DNA of 64,000 bases from NCBI GenBank assembly GCA_965214095.1, contig OZ243938.1, forward strand, positions 4,608,001-4,672,000, given 5' to 3'. This document shows positions 18,711-29,020 of the stretch, one piece after another. The position numbers and the translations under genes were made by a program. The notes under the pieces were generated by a model. The model saw only the letters and a list, made by a program, of their open reading frames with translations, did no database searches and was not told the origin of the DNA. Within the stretch, counting starts at the first letter, position 1. Each line of letters begins with the position of its first letter. The DNA comes from Candidatus Poribacteria bacterium. Lineage in GTDB: Bacteria > Poribacteria > WGA-4E > WGA-3G.

Positions 18711-20912
18711 ATGAGAATCATGCGATTGTATAAGAAATCGTTATACTTGCTTTTCTCATACCAGAACAGAGTATTTTCTCATATTCTCGTTTTGGTTACG
18801 ATATCTTACATGCTCTTAGCCATTTCACAGCAAATAGCAGCTGCACAAGCTGTCCATATTCCGGATCCTAGCCTCCGTGAAGCAATTGCGTTAGCATTGG
18901 GTAAAGAAGTAGGAGACAAAATTGCTCAGACAGATATGGCAAGAATACATTCGCTTGATGCCAGTAGATGCCTAGTTGAGGGATCAGACCCAAAGCCGAT
19001 TTCATCAATGCAACGGATCTGTAGGAAACCCGATGTTTTTGCGACTACTACTGGAATTCGAGATCTTACCGGCTTGGAGTTTGCAGTCAATTTAAAGGAG
19101 CTACATCTGGATCGTAATCAGATATCTGATGTGTCTCCACTAAAAAACTTGAAAAATCTGACATACCTAAGTCTTGGATATAACTGGTTGTCTGATGTGT
19201 CTCCACTTGAAGAATTAACGAAACTTACGCACCTTGGCCTTGGGTTCAACTATAGGATATCCGATGTGTCAACACTCAGACATTTGACAAATTTGATGTT
19301 CCTCGATCTAGAAAGTAATATGGTATCTGATGTGTCTCCCCTGAAAAATATGACAAAGTTGATAAAATTGGATGTTGATTGCAATCAGATATCAGACATT
19401 TTACCACTGAGAGAAATGACAAAGCTGAAATCGTTGGATATTTCTGACAATCTCATATTAGATGTGTCTTCACTCAAAAATATGAATTCTATGATAGCCT
19501 TAGATCTTGACAATAACCAGATATCTGATGTGTCACCTCTCAAAGATATGAAGAATCTATTGCGATTGGATTGCCATATCAATCGGATATCAGATGTATC
19601 TCCTCTTAGAAGTCTGACTAATCTAGAGGTTCTAGCACTTCACAAGAACCAGATATCTGATGTGTCTCCACTTGCTGATATGAAAAACCTAGAAATGCTT
19701 GATCTTGATGGGAATCGGATATCTGATGTGTACGCACTCTATAATTTAATCAATTTAAGAGAGTTGGATCTTGATGAAAACAGAATTTCGGATGTGGCCC
19801 CACTCAAAGGTTTAACAAGTTTAGAAGTCCTTGATTTACATGACAATGAAATATCTGATGTGTCTCCGTTAAGAGATTTGATTAGTCTAACATTCTTAGA
19901 TCTTGACGACAATAAAATTTCAGATGTATCACCACTCAGTAGGATGGTAAGTTTAACTGAGTTGGATCTTGATGGAAATAAGATATCCGATTTGACACCA
20001 CTCAGTAGGATGGTAAGTTTAACTGACTTAGATCTTGATGGAAATATGATTTCGAATCTGTCTCCGATTCAAAACTTGGTAAACATTAGAATATTAGACC
20101 TTCACGACAATGACATTTCAGATGTATCACCACTCAGTGGATTGATAAACCTTGTAGAGTTGGATCTTAGTAGTAATCAAATCTATGATTTCTCTCCACT
20201 TGAGAGTTTGGTATCAAATTTAGACATGTATGATATTAGTAATCAAAGAACACCAATCTACAAACCAGAGGATGTAAATAGAGATAGTGTCGTAAATATC
20301 AAAGATCTTGTTGTAATAGCAACTTATTTCGGTTCAACAGAGCTAGACGTTCTTGAACAGATGGACATATACCCAGATGTTAACATAGATAATAAAGTAG
20401 ATATAATTGATATGCTTCTTGTCGCTGCTGCAATGTCTACAGCTGCTGCACCATCACTCAGTAAGAATAGTGTTGAATCGACTGGATTCATACACAAAAA
20501 CCTTGCAGCGTGGATAGCACAGGGAAAGCAACTTAATGTTGAGGACCCAATCATACTAAATGGAATTGTTAAATTGGAGATACTCCTGGCGTTTCTTAAT
20601 TCCTATGTTGAAAATCCTACATCTACAAAACTACTGCAAAACTATCCAAACCCCTTCAATCCGGAGACTTGGATTCCCTTTCAACTCTCAGAACCGACAA
20701 ATGTATCCGTATTCATATATTCTACAAATGGAATACTTGTAAGACAAATTGTATTAGGACACTTAGCTACAGGAACCTATAAGGATCAAACCAAAGCAGT
20801 CTATTGGGATGGAAGAAATGATCTTGGTGAATCTGTAGCAAGTGGTATATATTATATTACATTCACAGCAGGTGAATTTATTACCACGAGAAAGATTCTT
20901 CTTCTGAAATAA
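18711..20912 (+). CDS. Secreted internalin-like LRR protein (~17 repeats) with dockerin-like pair and FlgD-Ig domain
   Basis: SD ggag before ATG 18711; IPDPSLR cap, LRR repeats, DVNRDS and DVNIDN, AAAP linker, LLQNYPNPFNPETW. Confidence 0.9.
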   Translation: MRIMRLYKKSLYLLFSYQNRVFSHILVLVTISYMLLAISQQIAAAQAVHIPDPSLREAIALALGKEVGDKIAQTDMARIHSLDASRCLVEGSDPKPISSMQRICRKPDVFATTTGIRDLTGLEFAVNLKELHLDRNQISDVSPLKNLKNLTYLSLGYNWLSDVSPLEELTKLTHLGLGFNYRISDVSTLRHLTNLMFLDLESNMVSDVSPLKNMTKLIKLDVDCNQISDILPLREMTKLKSLDISDNLILDVSSLKNMNSMIALDLDNNQISDVSPLKDMKNLLRLDCHINRISDVSPLRSLTNLEVLALHKNQISDVSPLADMKNLEMLDLDGNRISDVYALYNLINLRELDLDENRISDVAPLKGLTSLEVLDLHDNEISDVSPLRDLISLTFLDLDDNKISDVSPLSRMVSLTELDLDGNKISDLTPLSRMVSLTDLDLDGNMISNLSPIQNLVNIRILDLHDNDISDVSPLSGLINLVELDLSSNQIYDFSPLESLVSNLDMYDISNQRTPIYKPEDVNRDSVVNIKDLVVIATYFGSTELDVLEQMDIYPDVNIDNKVDIIDMLLVAAAMSTAAAPSLSKNSVESTGFIHKNLAAWIAQGKQLNVEDPIILNGIVKLEILLAFLNSYVENPTSTKLLQNYPNPFNPETWIPFQLSEPTNVSVFIYSTNGILVRQIVLGHLATGTYKDQTKAVYWDGRNDLGESVASGIYYITFTAGEFITTRKILLLK

Positions 20913-21204
20913 ATCTCTATAGTTACAATTCTTATCTTTCAATATTATTATATTGAATATACCTTATAATGAATTAAAACCTACAATTTTTCAACTAATC
21001 AATAATACATTATCAGGTTGAAATGATTACTTACTTCGTTGATATCAACTAAAATGTACGAATTATAAATCTCTCAAGAAAGTTAGTCATCATCAAATAG
21101 AGCGTATTTTGGAAACCTTATGAAGGACACCACGCTAAATTCAATAGGATAGAAGACTATCAGAAAGATACAAAGAGTTTACCTGGCTGTAAAAAGGAAT
21201 AGAA

Positions 21205-22200
21205 ATGCAAATCTTAGTACTTGACATTGGTTGTTCATTTACAAAAGGATATCTGTTCAATACTTCAATTGAGATCGTAGAAGAATATAAGATTCCAACA
21301 GATATGTCAACACCCGATTCTTTTGAGGAAGGAGTTAGAGAGGTCATATCACATTTTGATAACTACACCTATCAAGCGATCTTTCCGCTCAGTTTTGGAG
21401 AAGGTGTAATCTATAACAATACTGCTTATCAACCAACTCACAATAAATCCTTTCAGACTGAAGATCATTATTGTCAAGTAGGAACAGCGACCGATGTTGA
21501 GCGAGATATTGGTTCAGCGTTTCAAACATTATTGACATTTAAGACTTATACAGAAGGTCCAGCGTTGCCTGTATCAACATATATTGCTTCTCGCCTTGTT
21601 AACAAAGAGATTTATACTTGGGAATTGACACACGCAGGCAATAGTGGTATGCTTAACATTTCTCAACGTCAATGGGCAGTAGAAATACTAAAAAAATACC
21701 GATGTGAACCGTTACCCTTCTCTACAGAATTTATGAGTTCTGCTACTATTGTTGGAAAAACAGAAAAAGGGGTTTATGTCTTTGGTGGTGGACACGATCA
21801 TAGTTGTATTTCTGTGTTTAACCCCAAACCAATTATTATTGCGGGAACGTGGGTTGTGATAAGTCATCCAGAAATTGCCTTTCTTCCAAGACCAGATGAA
21901 AAAGCCAAGGGAATACGTTGGACTATTACTGCAAACGGGAGTTTTCATAAGCAACTTGTAAAAAGGGTTTCAAATCCAATTTCACTTCAAGATATGAAAT
22001 ATATCATCTCGATCCTTGAGTTGATGCAAGTTTGCTATCAATCTGAGGTGTTAGTAATTGGTGGATATGGTGAAAAACTTGCTCCGGAACTGAATGAACT
22101 GGAGACTCCATTCAACTTCGTGGCTCCACCTGATGCAGAGGTCTATCAACATAAACAAACAGCAAAGTATGCATTTAGAGCATTGGAACTGCAAACGTGA
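21205..22200 (+). CDS. Short, divergent FGGY-type carbohydrate/polyol kinase
   Basis: LDIGCSFTKG (phosphate-1), THAGNSGMLNI, GGGHDHSC, AGTW; only 331 aa; overlaps the next gene (GTGA). Confidence 0.6.
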   Translation: MQILVLDIGCSFTKGYLFNTSIEIVEEYKIPTDMSTPDSFEEGVREVISHFDNYTYQAIFPLSFGEGVIYNNTAYQPTHNKSFQTEDHYCQVGTATDVERDIGSAFQTLLTFKTYTEGPALPVSTYIASRLVNKEIYTWELTHAGNSGMLNISQRQWAVEILKKYRCEPLPFSTEFMSSATIVGKTEKGVYVFGGGHDHSCISVFNPKPIIIAGTWVVISHPEIAFLPRPDEKAKGIRWTITANGSFHKQLVKRVSNPISLQDMKYIISILELMQVCYQSEVLVIGGYGEKLAPELNELETPFNFVAPPDAEVYQHKQTAKYAFRALELQT

Positions 22201-22598
22201 AAACAGTGTTAGTTACGGGTTGTTTTGACCTTTTTCATTATGGACATTTGAAATTCTTTGAAGCAGCGGCAGCTTGTGGAGATCGTCTTGTGGTAGGTGT
22301 TGCCGAGGATGATACAGTTCGTCGCGTAAAAGGTGAAAATAGACCTATCTATCCGCTTGAACACCGTATTGCTCTGATAGAAGCATGTCGGCATGTGGAT
22401 GCAGTGGAAGTGTTTTCTTTAGAATCCCAATTGGATTTAGTTGCAGAAGTTGCCCCTGATGTATGTGTTGAAGGTGCTGATGGGAATGCCAGATTAAGAG
22501 AAATACTTCAAGAATTAGGGATAGATACACCTGTTCAGACTGTATATACTGACTATATTCATACTACTGATATTGTTGAGAAGATTCGAAAGAGATGA
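22197..22598 (+). CDS. Cytidylyl/adenylyltransferase (TagD/RfaE-II-like)
   Basis: TGCFDLFHYGH (HxGH), LVVGV..D, KG..RP, ACRHVD, HTTDIVEKI. Confidence 0.9.
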   Translation: MKTVLVTGCFDLFHYGHLKFFEAAAACGDRLVVGVAEDDTVRRVKGENRPIYPLEHRIALIEACRHVDAVEVFSLESQLDLVAEVAPDVCVEGADGNARLREILQELGIDTPVQTVYTDYIHTTDIVEKIRKR

Positions 22599-22623
22599 GT
22601 TGTTCTGAAAGAGCGAGTAAAAC

Positions 22624-23967
22624 TTGATCAAAAATGCTTTGAAATTACTGGTAAAGCTGAGACCTACTCCATCCCATTGGGTAATGTTCATTACCGCAAT
22701 AGGAATGGGATTGAGTCTCTTATTTCATGTATTTATTCCCAGATATCTCGGCATAAATGAAACAGCAGATGCCTTAATTGCTTCTCTGAAAGTTGTTCTG
22801 ATAGTTGATACGATAATACGAGAAGGGGCAAAATTTAGTCTTGTCCCCCTATTTATCAACGAAGCTAATGTAAAGAGCAGAACAGACTTTCAAGCTTTCT
22901 CATACGGAATCTTGAATTTTTCGCTTTGCGTCAGTTTGGTCTTCATGCTGTTGATTGAAGTATTTGCAACGCAAATTGCAGGATTTACATTAGCAAGTAG
23001 TTCTGCTGATGCCCATGCTACCATGGCAACGCTATTACGTATAAGTGCACCTATTATCATCTTTGGAACAGGAAGTACAGTTCTCGGTGCATTATTAAAC
23101 AGCCAGAGTCGGTTTAAATCTGTTGCTATTCGGAATGCCCTTCCTCCCGCCATCGCAACCGCATGTTTCATATTCCTTCCTGGAGAGATACACCTTGTTC
23201 AATATATTGCAATAGCATATACATCTGGTTTTGTAGTATACTATTGTTGGTTGTGTACAAGAATATATCAAATTGGATACGGATATCGTTTTTCTTGGAT
23301 AACTTATGGAGAGTTGCGTACTTTGAAAGATACTATTTCATACCCAACACTCGGTTTTGCAATCCGTCAAATCACTGCACGTATATTGGTTGAAATTATT
23401 TTGGTTGGAAAAATTGCGAGTGGAGCAATAACGCTATACAATAGTGCATTCAAGATATTCTCTGCGATTCAGACATTAATTGGGATTAGCATCGCTACGA
23501 CTGGTTTGCCTGAAATGACAGCAAATAGTATTGAAGAAAACAAACAGAAACTGAAACAAACACTGTTAAGAAACATTCGTGCTGTCATCCTTATTGCTAT
23601 ACCTGTAACATTCCTACTGCTTTTGAGTGCTTCATATATCACACAACTCCTATTTGGTGGTGGAAAGTTTGATCAACAATCACTTCAAACTATCGGGAGA
23701 GTCCTTATTTGGCTTAGTGTCGGCACAGTATTTTCATGTCTTATTCCTGTGCTAAATGCGGGACTATATGCACAGAAAGCATTCAAGTTGATATTTAGAA
23801 ATATGCTGACGATGGCAGTTATTAACTTCGTCGCTGCATACATGCTTGTAACCGTATGGGAACTAAATGGAATCGCAATAACAGTGTCTGTTACAGCATT
23901 CCTCGCCGTTGGTAATCTGATATTTCTGCTAAGAAAAACTGGTGTGTCTTTGTATTCAAAATCTTGA
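22624..23967 (+). CDS. MOP-family (MurJ/MviN/Wzx-like) flippase
   Basis: About 12 hydrophobic segments; 'LG..ETADA', 'LVPLF', 'LF.GGKFD', 'LYA' patterns of MurJ-like proteins; lies in a polysaccharide locus. Confidence 0.8.
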   Translation: MIKNALKLLVKLRPTPSHWVMFITAIGMGLSLLFHVFIPRYLGINETADALIASLKVVLIVDTIIREGAKFSLVPLFINEANVKSRTDFQAFSYGILNFSLCVSLVFMLLIEVFATQIAGFTLASSSADAHATMATLLRISAPIIIFGTGSTVLGALLNSQSRFKSVAIRNALPPAIATACFIFLPGEIHLVQYIAIAYTSGFVVYYCWLCTRIYQIGYGYRFSWITYGELRTLKDTISYPTLGFAIRQITARILVEIILVGKIASGAITLYNSAFKIFSAIQTLIGISIATTGLPEMTANSIEENKQKLKQTLLRNIRAVILIAIPVTFLLLLSASYITQLLFGGGKFDQQSLQTIGRVLIWLSVGTVFSCLIPVLNAGLYAQKAFKLIFRNMLTMAVINFVAAYMLVTVWELNGIAITVSVTAFLAVGNLIFLLRKTGVSLYSKS

Positions 23968-23980
23968 GTAATTCAGATAG

Positions 23981-24083
23981 ATAGTAGATTTTGAAATTAC
24001 TTGAACACTCTGTCTCGGCGAGGTTAGGAAACCTCGCCTACCATGGGACGAAAGTGTCAACTTATATTTATAATTCAGATATA
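23981..24083. repeat. MITE-like element enclosing one GTAG-REP hairpin
   Basis: First 31 nt identical to 45250-45280; REP cggcgaggttaggaaacctcgcctacc (24016-24042) identical to 45285-45311; imperfect TIRs ...acact / agtgt... Confidence 0.85.
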
Positions 24084-24120
24084 ATAAGGTATATGCATTT
24101 TATTAAGCATTGTCTAAAAG

Positions 24121-25110
24121 ATGGAATCTTCAAATAAACTGGTCAGTGAGTATCAATATCTGATTATTGGTGGGACAACAAAAGCAGCCACGACATCTCT
24201 GTATTCATATCTTGGAGATCACCCATCTATCTGTGCTGCTTCATATAAGGAAACACGATTCTTTCTCAGTTCTGACTATCCATTGCCTTCAAAATATCGA
24301 TATAATGGTGATGTTGAGGAATACAATTTACTATTTTCAGAATGTCCGGATAATCAAATCAGGCTTGAATCAACACCAGACTATCTGTATTGTTCATCAG
24401 CACTTAATAATATTGGTGAATTATTACCATATGCTAAACTGGTTTTTAGTCTGCGAGAACCGATTTCCAGGATAATATCGTGGTATCGTTTCGCAGTACA
24501 GATTGGAAGGTTACCAAATAGTCTGAGTATAGATGAATATGTAGAACAACTTTTTGAGATTGCTGAGGGAATGCAGAACGATAATACTACTCAAGAAGTT
24601 GATGCGAATTCCAAAGAAGATATAGAGCATGCACAGTTTATGCAGGTGCTACCGCAAGGACGATATGCTGTATATCTAAGAGATTATATTGATCATATTG
24701 GGAAAGATCGTATACAGACAATATTTTATGAAGATCTGTCAAAAAATCTATCAAATGTTATGAAGGACTTATGTCATTTTGCTGAGTTAGATTCGACGTT
24801 TTTTGATGATTACACATTTCAGGTTACTAATCGGACTGAAACCATGCGAAACCCAGATTTTCACCAGAAATATAGGTCATTCAGATTTCAAGTGCGCCGA
24901 TGGACTCATAACAAACCGCTTATTCATAAGACTCTACGTGCAATGAGGAGAGGGTTTGAGCCGATTTATATGCGATTAAACACTCGATCTGCTGAGAGAG
25001 TCACCCTATCAGAGAATATACAGAAACGATTAGTGGATTATTACAAACAAGATGTAGATGAGTTATCAAAACTCTTAGGTAAACAACCACCATGGGAACC
25101 TTTTACTTAG
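24121..25110 (+). CDS. PAPS-dependent sulfotransferase 1 (Sulfotransfer_1 type, heparan-sulfate N-/3-O-sulfotransferase-like motifs)
   Basis: 5'-PSB GTTKAATTSL..YL..HP, KETRFF, ESTPDY, 3'-PB LREPISRIISWY. Confidence 0.9.
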   Translation: MESSNKLVSEYQYLIIGGTTKAATTSLYSYLGDHPSICAASYKETRFFLSSDYPLPSKYRYNGDVEEYNLLFSECPDNQIRLESTPDYLYCSSALNNIGELLPYAKLVFSLREPISRIISWYRFAVQIGRLPNSLSIDEYVEQLFEIAEGMQNDNTTQEVDANSKEDIEHAQFMQVLPQGRYAVYLRDYIDHIGKDRIQTIFYEDLSKNLSNVMKDLCHFAELDSTFFDDYTFQVTNRTETMRNPDFHQKYRSFRFQVRRWTHNKPLIHKTLRAMRRGFEPIYMRLNTRSAERVTLSENIQKRLVDYYKQDVDELSKLLGKQPPWEPFT

Positions 25111-25124
25111 GGTGATTTAATCAG

Positions 25125-26030
25125 ATGGACAAAACTGACAAGAACAAGATACATTTGATGATTGTAGGTGCACAGAAAGCTGGCACATCATCCCTACTAC
25201 GTTACTTAGGTCAGCATCCTGATATTTTTGCACATCCTCAACCTGAAATGACCTACTTTCTGCAAGACCACGAGTATGACAAAGGGTACGATTCGGCTTA
25301 TGCAAAGTATTATTCAAAATGTCCAGATAACCAAAGCATCATAGCTAAGAATGTAATGGTAATGTGTTCTACTGAAAAAATGCAAAGGATATTTGAACAC
25401 AATCCAGAAATGAACCTTGTTGTCCTATTACGAGAACCGGTTTCACGTGCATATTCAGCATATTGGTGGGCGCGTCGTAGAGGATGGGAGAATATAAAAA
25501 CATTTGAAGATGCACTTGATGCTGAAGAAAAACGACATAACGAGGACTGGTTTAAATGGCGACAGTGTCTATACAAATTTAACAGCACTTATTATCCTCA
25601 TATCAACGATCTCATCTCTATGTTTGGAGAAGAACAGGTACACTGTTATTTGACAGATACGTTAACTACTGGTGCTAATTCCATCTGTCAACAAATATTC
25701 TCAATAATGGGAGTTAACTCAGAATTTGAACCAACAGTTGGGAAAAAGTTCAACCAAGCAGCGATGCCTCGGTCAGATAGATTTGGGTATTTGTTTACAC
25801 AGTTCCTTGCTTCTCGAAATCCTTTGAGACGTGCGATACGTAAACTTGTTCCAGATTCAGCGGCGTATAAACTTAGAAAAACAGTCTTAGACTTAAACGA
25901 AAAACCATTTACTCCACCTAAGATAAATCCGAATACATCTATGGAATTAAGTAAGTATTTCAATCCATACAATAAGAAATTATCAGAGTTACTAAAACAA
26001 GACCTTACACATTGGCAAAATCTCAATTGA
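25125..26030 (+). CDS. PAPS-dependent sulfotransferase 2 (same subfamily)
   Basis: GAQKAGTSSL..YL.QHP, LREPVSRAYSAY, C-terminal YF.P.N..L..LL...W. Confidence 0.9.
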   Translation: MDKTDKNKIHLMIVGAQKAGTSSLLRYLGQHPDIFAHPQPEMTYFLQDHEYDKGYDSAYAKYYSKCPDNQSIIAKNVMVMCSTEKMQRIFEHNPEMNLVVLLREPVSRAYSAYWWARRRGWENIKTFEDALDAEEKRHNEDWFKWRQCLYKFNSTYYPHINDLISMFGEEQVHCYLTDTLTTGANSICQQIFSIMGVNSEFEPTVGKKFNQAAMPRSDRFGYLFTQFLASRNPLRRAIRKLVPDSAAYKLRKTVLDLNEKPFTPPKINPNTSMELSKYFNPYNKKLSELLKQDLTHWQNLN

Positions 26031-26048
26031 TTTTACTCATCTAAAAAA

Positions 26049-27398
26049 ATGTCTATCATCTATTTTCTCACTGGTTACTTTGCATTTGAAGAATTTGTGC
26101 TGAAGTTCCTACCTGTGAGTGATTCTGTTTATTCATATCTACGATTTTTAGGAGAAATCCTAATCTATGCCGCGTTTGGTAGACTTGTTCTGCACAAACT
26201 TTATCGAGGCATACCTTTTGTCAAGACTCCTATTGATTTACCTGTAATAGGTTTCTATATAGTTGTTTTTCTTTCAATGGTAATCAACCGATCACCCCTT
26301 ATCGGAAGTCTTTATAACATTCGTCCGCTTGCGCGTTATATCGTCTTGTTCTATCTTGTGGTAAATTCACCGATTTCAAAGCAACGTATTGATACACTCT
26401 TAAGAATCATTTTATGTATTGGTGTTGCTCAGATTTGTGTTGGCGTGGTTCAATGGCTGGGCGGTCCTACACTGTATGATCTCTTCTTACCGCGTGCATC
26501 AACACTTGAAGTGGCAGGATTTACAAAAGAATATAGATTGCTTGAACTTGGAAGAGAGATAGGTAGCATTTATGGCACATTGGGTGATACGGTAATATAT
26601 GGCGTTTTCATGATTGTTATACTTGCTATATTTTTATCGCGTATAAAGCGACTTGAATATATGAATCTCCTCGGTATCGGTATTCTGCTATTGTTTATTG
26701 CGCGTTCTTATTCTCGTGCAGCAACCTTTTCCGCCATGCTCGCATGTGTTATCTGGTATTTCTTTCAATATGGGTGGAAAAAGACACTACGTTTATCACT
26801 AATTGTATTATTGGTATTTAGTGTTATATTGGCTATTGTAAATCCGTTTGACTTGGAATATGTCAATCCAAGGAAGGCAAAGGTTGGACTTACAGGCAAT
26901 ATTACCGGTGTCTTTTCTGGTTCCTATGTTAAAGTTGCACAGAAACAACGTCTCGGAGCACTTATCGGGAATGTTCCGACTGTAATTGCTAACAAGCCAT
27001 TACTGGGATACGGTGCCGATCAAAACACCACGATAGATAGGCTTAATCAAAGTAAACGATCTTTCCTATTAAAAATACTCAGCAAGAAGGGATTTAAGGA
27101 TGTATATTGGGTTGCAATTTTGTGTTTCTATGGATTGTTAGGATTAGGATTATTCATGTTGATATTTTACAAGCTATTCACCGCTTCTTTAAGTCTATAT
27201 AAGAATACGGTTAGCAAATATACAAAGGAAATGGCATTAGTAATGCTTTGTCTTGTGGTCGTTACAGTTTTCCTTTTATTTTTTAATAGAACTCTTGAAT
27301 TTAGAGGTTACGGCTTTTACTTTTGGATGTGTGCTGCATTAATGTTTGTAAGTGATACAGCAATGCAGACATATAAACCACTAAGGATTACGTTATGA
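26049..27398 (+). CDS. Wzy/O-antigen-ligase-like polymerase
   Basis: Multi-TM protein; YGTLG, SYSRAA, large periplasmic loop, PLLGYG, YGLLGL. Confidence 0.8.
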   Translation: MSIIYFLTGYFAFEEFVLKFLPVSDSVYSYLRFLGEILIYAAFGRLVLHKLYRGIPFVKTPIDLPVIGFYIVVFLSMVINRSPLIGSLYNIRPLARYIVLFYLVVNSPISKQRIDTLLRIILCIGVAQICVGVVQWLGGPTLYDLFLPRASTLEVAGFTKEYRLLELGREIGSIYGTLGDTVIYGVFMIVILAIFLSRIKRLEYMNLLGIGILLLFIARSYSRAATFSAMLACVIWYFFQYGWKKTLRLSLIVLLVFSVILAIVNPFDLEYVNPRKAKVGLTGNITGVFSGSYVKVAQKQRLGALIGNVPTVIANKPLLGYGADQNTTIDRLNQSKRSFLLKILSKKGFKDVYWVAILCFYGLLGLGLFMLIFYKLFTASLSLYKNTVSKYTKEMALVMLCLVVVTVFLLFFNRTLEFRGYGFYFWMCAALMFVSDTAMQTYKPLRITL

Positions 27399-29020
27399 AC
27401 GTTCTTGTAAACCTAATGCAAAGGATCTGGAATTCAAAATTAGCAAGACTTATATTTGTCTCTGCGATTTTGCTATTGGGTCTCTTACTCTACACAATGG
27501 TTCTTGATCGCGATATGCCAGAATATCCTATGAATTCACTACAGATAAAAATAGATACTCAATCAAGCACTCCGCTAAGGAAAGAACTCTACGGATTTAA
27601 TTCAAACATGATGAGTGGTGATTACGGTTATCTTGATGAGGACTTTGTTGCGTTGACGAAAGCATTACGACCAAAGACATTAAGATTCCCTGGTGGCACA
27701 GTTGGTAATTTCTATCATTGGGATATTTCTGGGTTCCGTCAAGATGAAATGAATTCAACACTCAGCACTCAACTGAATAGACGAAATAAAGCGAATTTTA
27801 CAAAACTTGAGAAACGTCGTGATGGTATCATCTCTTTTGACGATTTTATGAAACTCTGTAATGATTTGGATATTACGCCTGTTGTTGTAGTCAATCTCTG
27901 GACAGGTAATCCAGAAGAGAGTGCTGCATGGGTTCGTTATACAATAGAGAAAGGGTACAATGTCAATTATTGGGAACTTGGTAATGAGTACTACTTACCA
28001 CATTATGTAAAGAAATTTCGCACTGCAGAAATTTATATGAATGAAGCAAAGAAACATGCATTAGCAATGAAAAAAGTCAATCCGAATATAAAAGTATCTG
28101 TCAGTGCAACACCTGTAGCATTTCATAGGGAAGGATTCTTAATCAAGAGAGTACAACGCAAATGGGATGAGCAACTCGCAAATTATTCGGCACCTTCGTC
28201 AACAAATTGGTTTGATGCTTTTTCCGTGCATGTGTATGCATACAAAGGGGTAAAAAATGTTGAAATAGATGTGATGCGTCGTTACCTATTCGGTTGGATT
28301 CACTATGAGTGTGAAGAGGCAATGTCTTATTATCAACAGTTATTTCCAGACAAAGAGATGTGGATCACAGAATGGAATATAGCCAATCCCGGAAATCGTG
28401 TGGCAAATACACAACTGCATGCAATGTATGTTGGAGACTTTTTTCTAAAATTGCTGAGTTATCCAAAAATCACACATGCAAATTTTCATGTCTTAGCAGG
28501 ACCTGGGAAAGGATTTCCAGTGTTTTCACGGATCACACCAGTTTCTACAAAAACATTTTGGAAATATGGAGGAGAACCTGAATCAGATTACGGTGATACT
28601 ATTCGACGCACTGTTTATTCTTCATTTCAGTTAATTGGGGAAGTATTTTCAGAATCGGATATTCAATACGCTGTCTCAACTGATAGCTTGCCAGAACTTT
28701 CAGGCAAATTAGATTATGAGAACAAACAAATTCCTGGTGTTCAGATTCAGGCAATTGGGAATAGTCATACAGTTTTTCTTATGGTAAGTAATCGCACTGC
28801 AAATGGCCTCATGCTAAACCTACTCATAGATGGAAAAAAAATAAAGAAAGATGTCGTATTCCGTCATGTTTCAAATGATAGATTATCCGCAACGAATGGT
28901 GGGAATGCTGAGATGGAAGGTTCTGGTAAAATTGAAGTTGAAATCCAGGAATGGAGCGGGAGGATTAAAAAACTTGCAATACCTAAAAACAGCTTTGGAA
29001 TAATTGAGGTAAGTCTGTGA
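27395..29020 (+). CDS. Membrane-anchored clan GH-A glycoside hydrolase (GH79/GH51-like)
   Basis: N-terminal TM; LRFPGG, FDDFM, YWELGNE (acid/base), WITEWN (nucleophile); overlaps both neighbours by 4 bp. Confidence 0.75.
   Translation: MNVLVNLMQRIWNSKLARLIFVSAILLLGLLLYTMVLDRDMPEYPMNSLQIKIDTQSSTPLRKELYGFNSNMMSGDYGYLDEDFVALTKALRPKTLRFPGGTVGNFYHWDISGFRQDEMNSTLSTQLNRRNKANFTKLEKRRDGIISFDDFMKLCNDLDITPVVVVNLWTGNPEESAAWVRYTIEKGYNVNYWELGNEYYLPHYVKKFRTAEIYMNEAKKHALAMKKVNPNIKVSVSATPVAFHREGFLIKRVQRKWDEQLANYSAPSSTNWFDAFSVHVYAYKGVKNVEIDVMRRYLFGWIHYECEEAMSYYQQLFPDKEMWITEWNIANPGNRVANTQLHAMYVGDFFLKLLSYPKITHANFHVLAGPGKGFPVFSRITPVSTKTFWKYGGEPESDYGDTIRRTVYSSFQLIGEVFSESDIQYAVSTDSLPELSGKLDYENKQIPGVQIQAIGNSHTVFLMVSNRTANGLMLNLLIDGKKIKKDVVFRHVSNDRLSATNGGNAEMEGSGKIEVEIQEWSGRIKKLAIPKNSFGIIEVSL

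Noticed and set aside
12600-20200. CRISPR-like or non-coding tandem repeats (66-bp periodicity)
   Set aside because: The periodicity is the in-frame 22-aa LRR; there is no repeat-spacer structure and no cas gene.
22624-23967. Housekeeping peptidoglycan flippase murJ
   Set aside because: Short, divergent and embedded in a polysaccharide locus, so no gene symbol was assigned.
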